A stretch of DNA of 64,000 nucleotides from Octopus vulgaris (lineage: Eukaryota), in contig OX597827.1 in NCBI GenBank assembly GCA_951406725.2, positions 52,204,001 through 52,268,000 of the forward strand, given 5' to 3'. The number at the start of each line of letters is the position of its first letter. The first letter of the stretch is position 1. Positions 63,813 through 64,000 of the stretch are shown here, piece by piece. Made by a program: the position numbers and the translations under genes. A model generated the notes under the pieces. That model was not told the origin of the DNA. It was given only the letters and a program-made list of their open reading frames with translations, and ran no database searches.

Positions 63813-64000
63813 TTAGCTTGGTTCTAGGTGTACAGGCCGTGGCAGAGAGGACAGACGTTTTTGAAATGGCTATTACTCAGCCCCAGGGGGAGGAACATAT
63901 GTCCGACAGGTACCATTTGGCCTGTGGTGTCTTAGCATTTTTTTCTCTTTTCAGGTGAAGCCAAGGTGCTGTGGACAATACAGTATCGCGTGTCTGACTA

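Overview
AT-rich, repeat-dense eukaryotic (animal) DNA. The SINE/LINE repertoire and (TA)n/(TG)n microsatellites look like a coleoid cephalopod, most likely Octopus; this is an inference from repeat recognition, not a database search. Only one host gene is well supported: the 5' half of a MARCH5/MARCHF5 (MITOL) mitochondrial RING-CH E3 ligase on the minus strand. Its coding exons are 31219-31256, 18283-18485 and 3088-3218, with GT-AG sites and compatible phases; later exons must lie left of the window. Almost everything else is decayed transposon sequence: Tigger/pogo, Merlin, Tc1, maT (DD37D), hAT, piggyBac-type MITEs, Helitrons, RTE, CR1/L2-group and Hero LINEs, a Gypsy fragment, two kinds of Penelope-like elements (PLEs) and tRNA-derived SINEs. 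No CRISPR, rRNA or intact tRNA was seen. The best leads are RNA-structural: minimal hammerhead ribozyme motifs in PLE termini (one near intact at 56148-56195), a GC-rich ~510-bp element in MARCH5 intron 1 with three hammerhead core motifs that may be a retrozyme-like monomer, a 48-bp intronic hairpin that pairs best on the MARCH5 sense strand, and inverted RTE tails flanking the RING exon. None is a demonstrated new system. Transposon boundaries are approximate unless termini are quoted.
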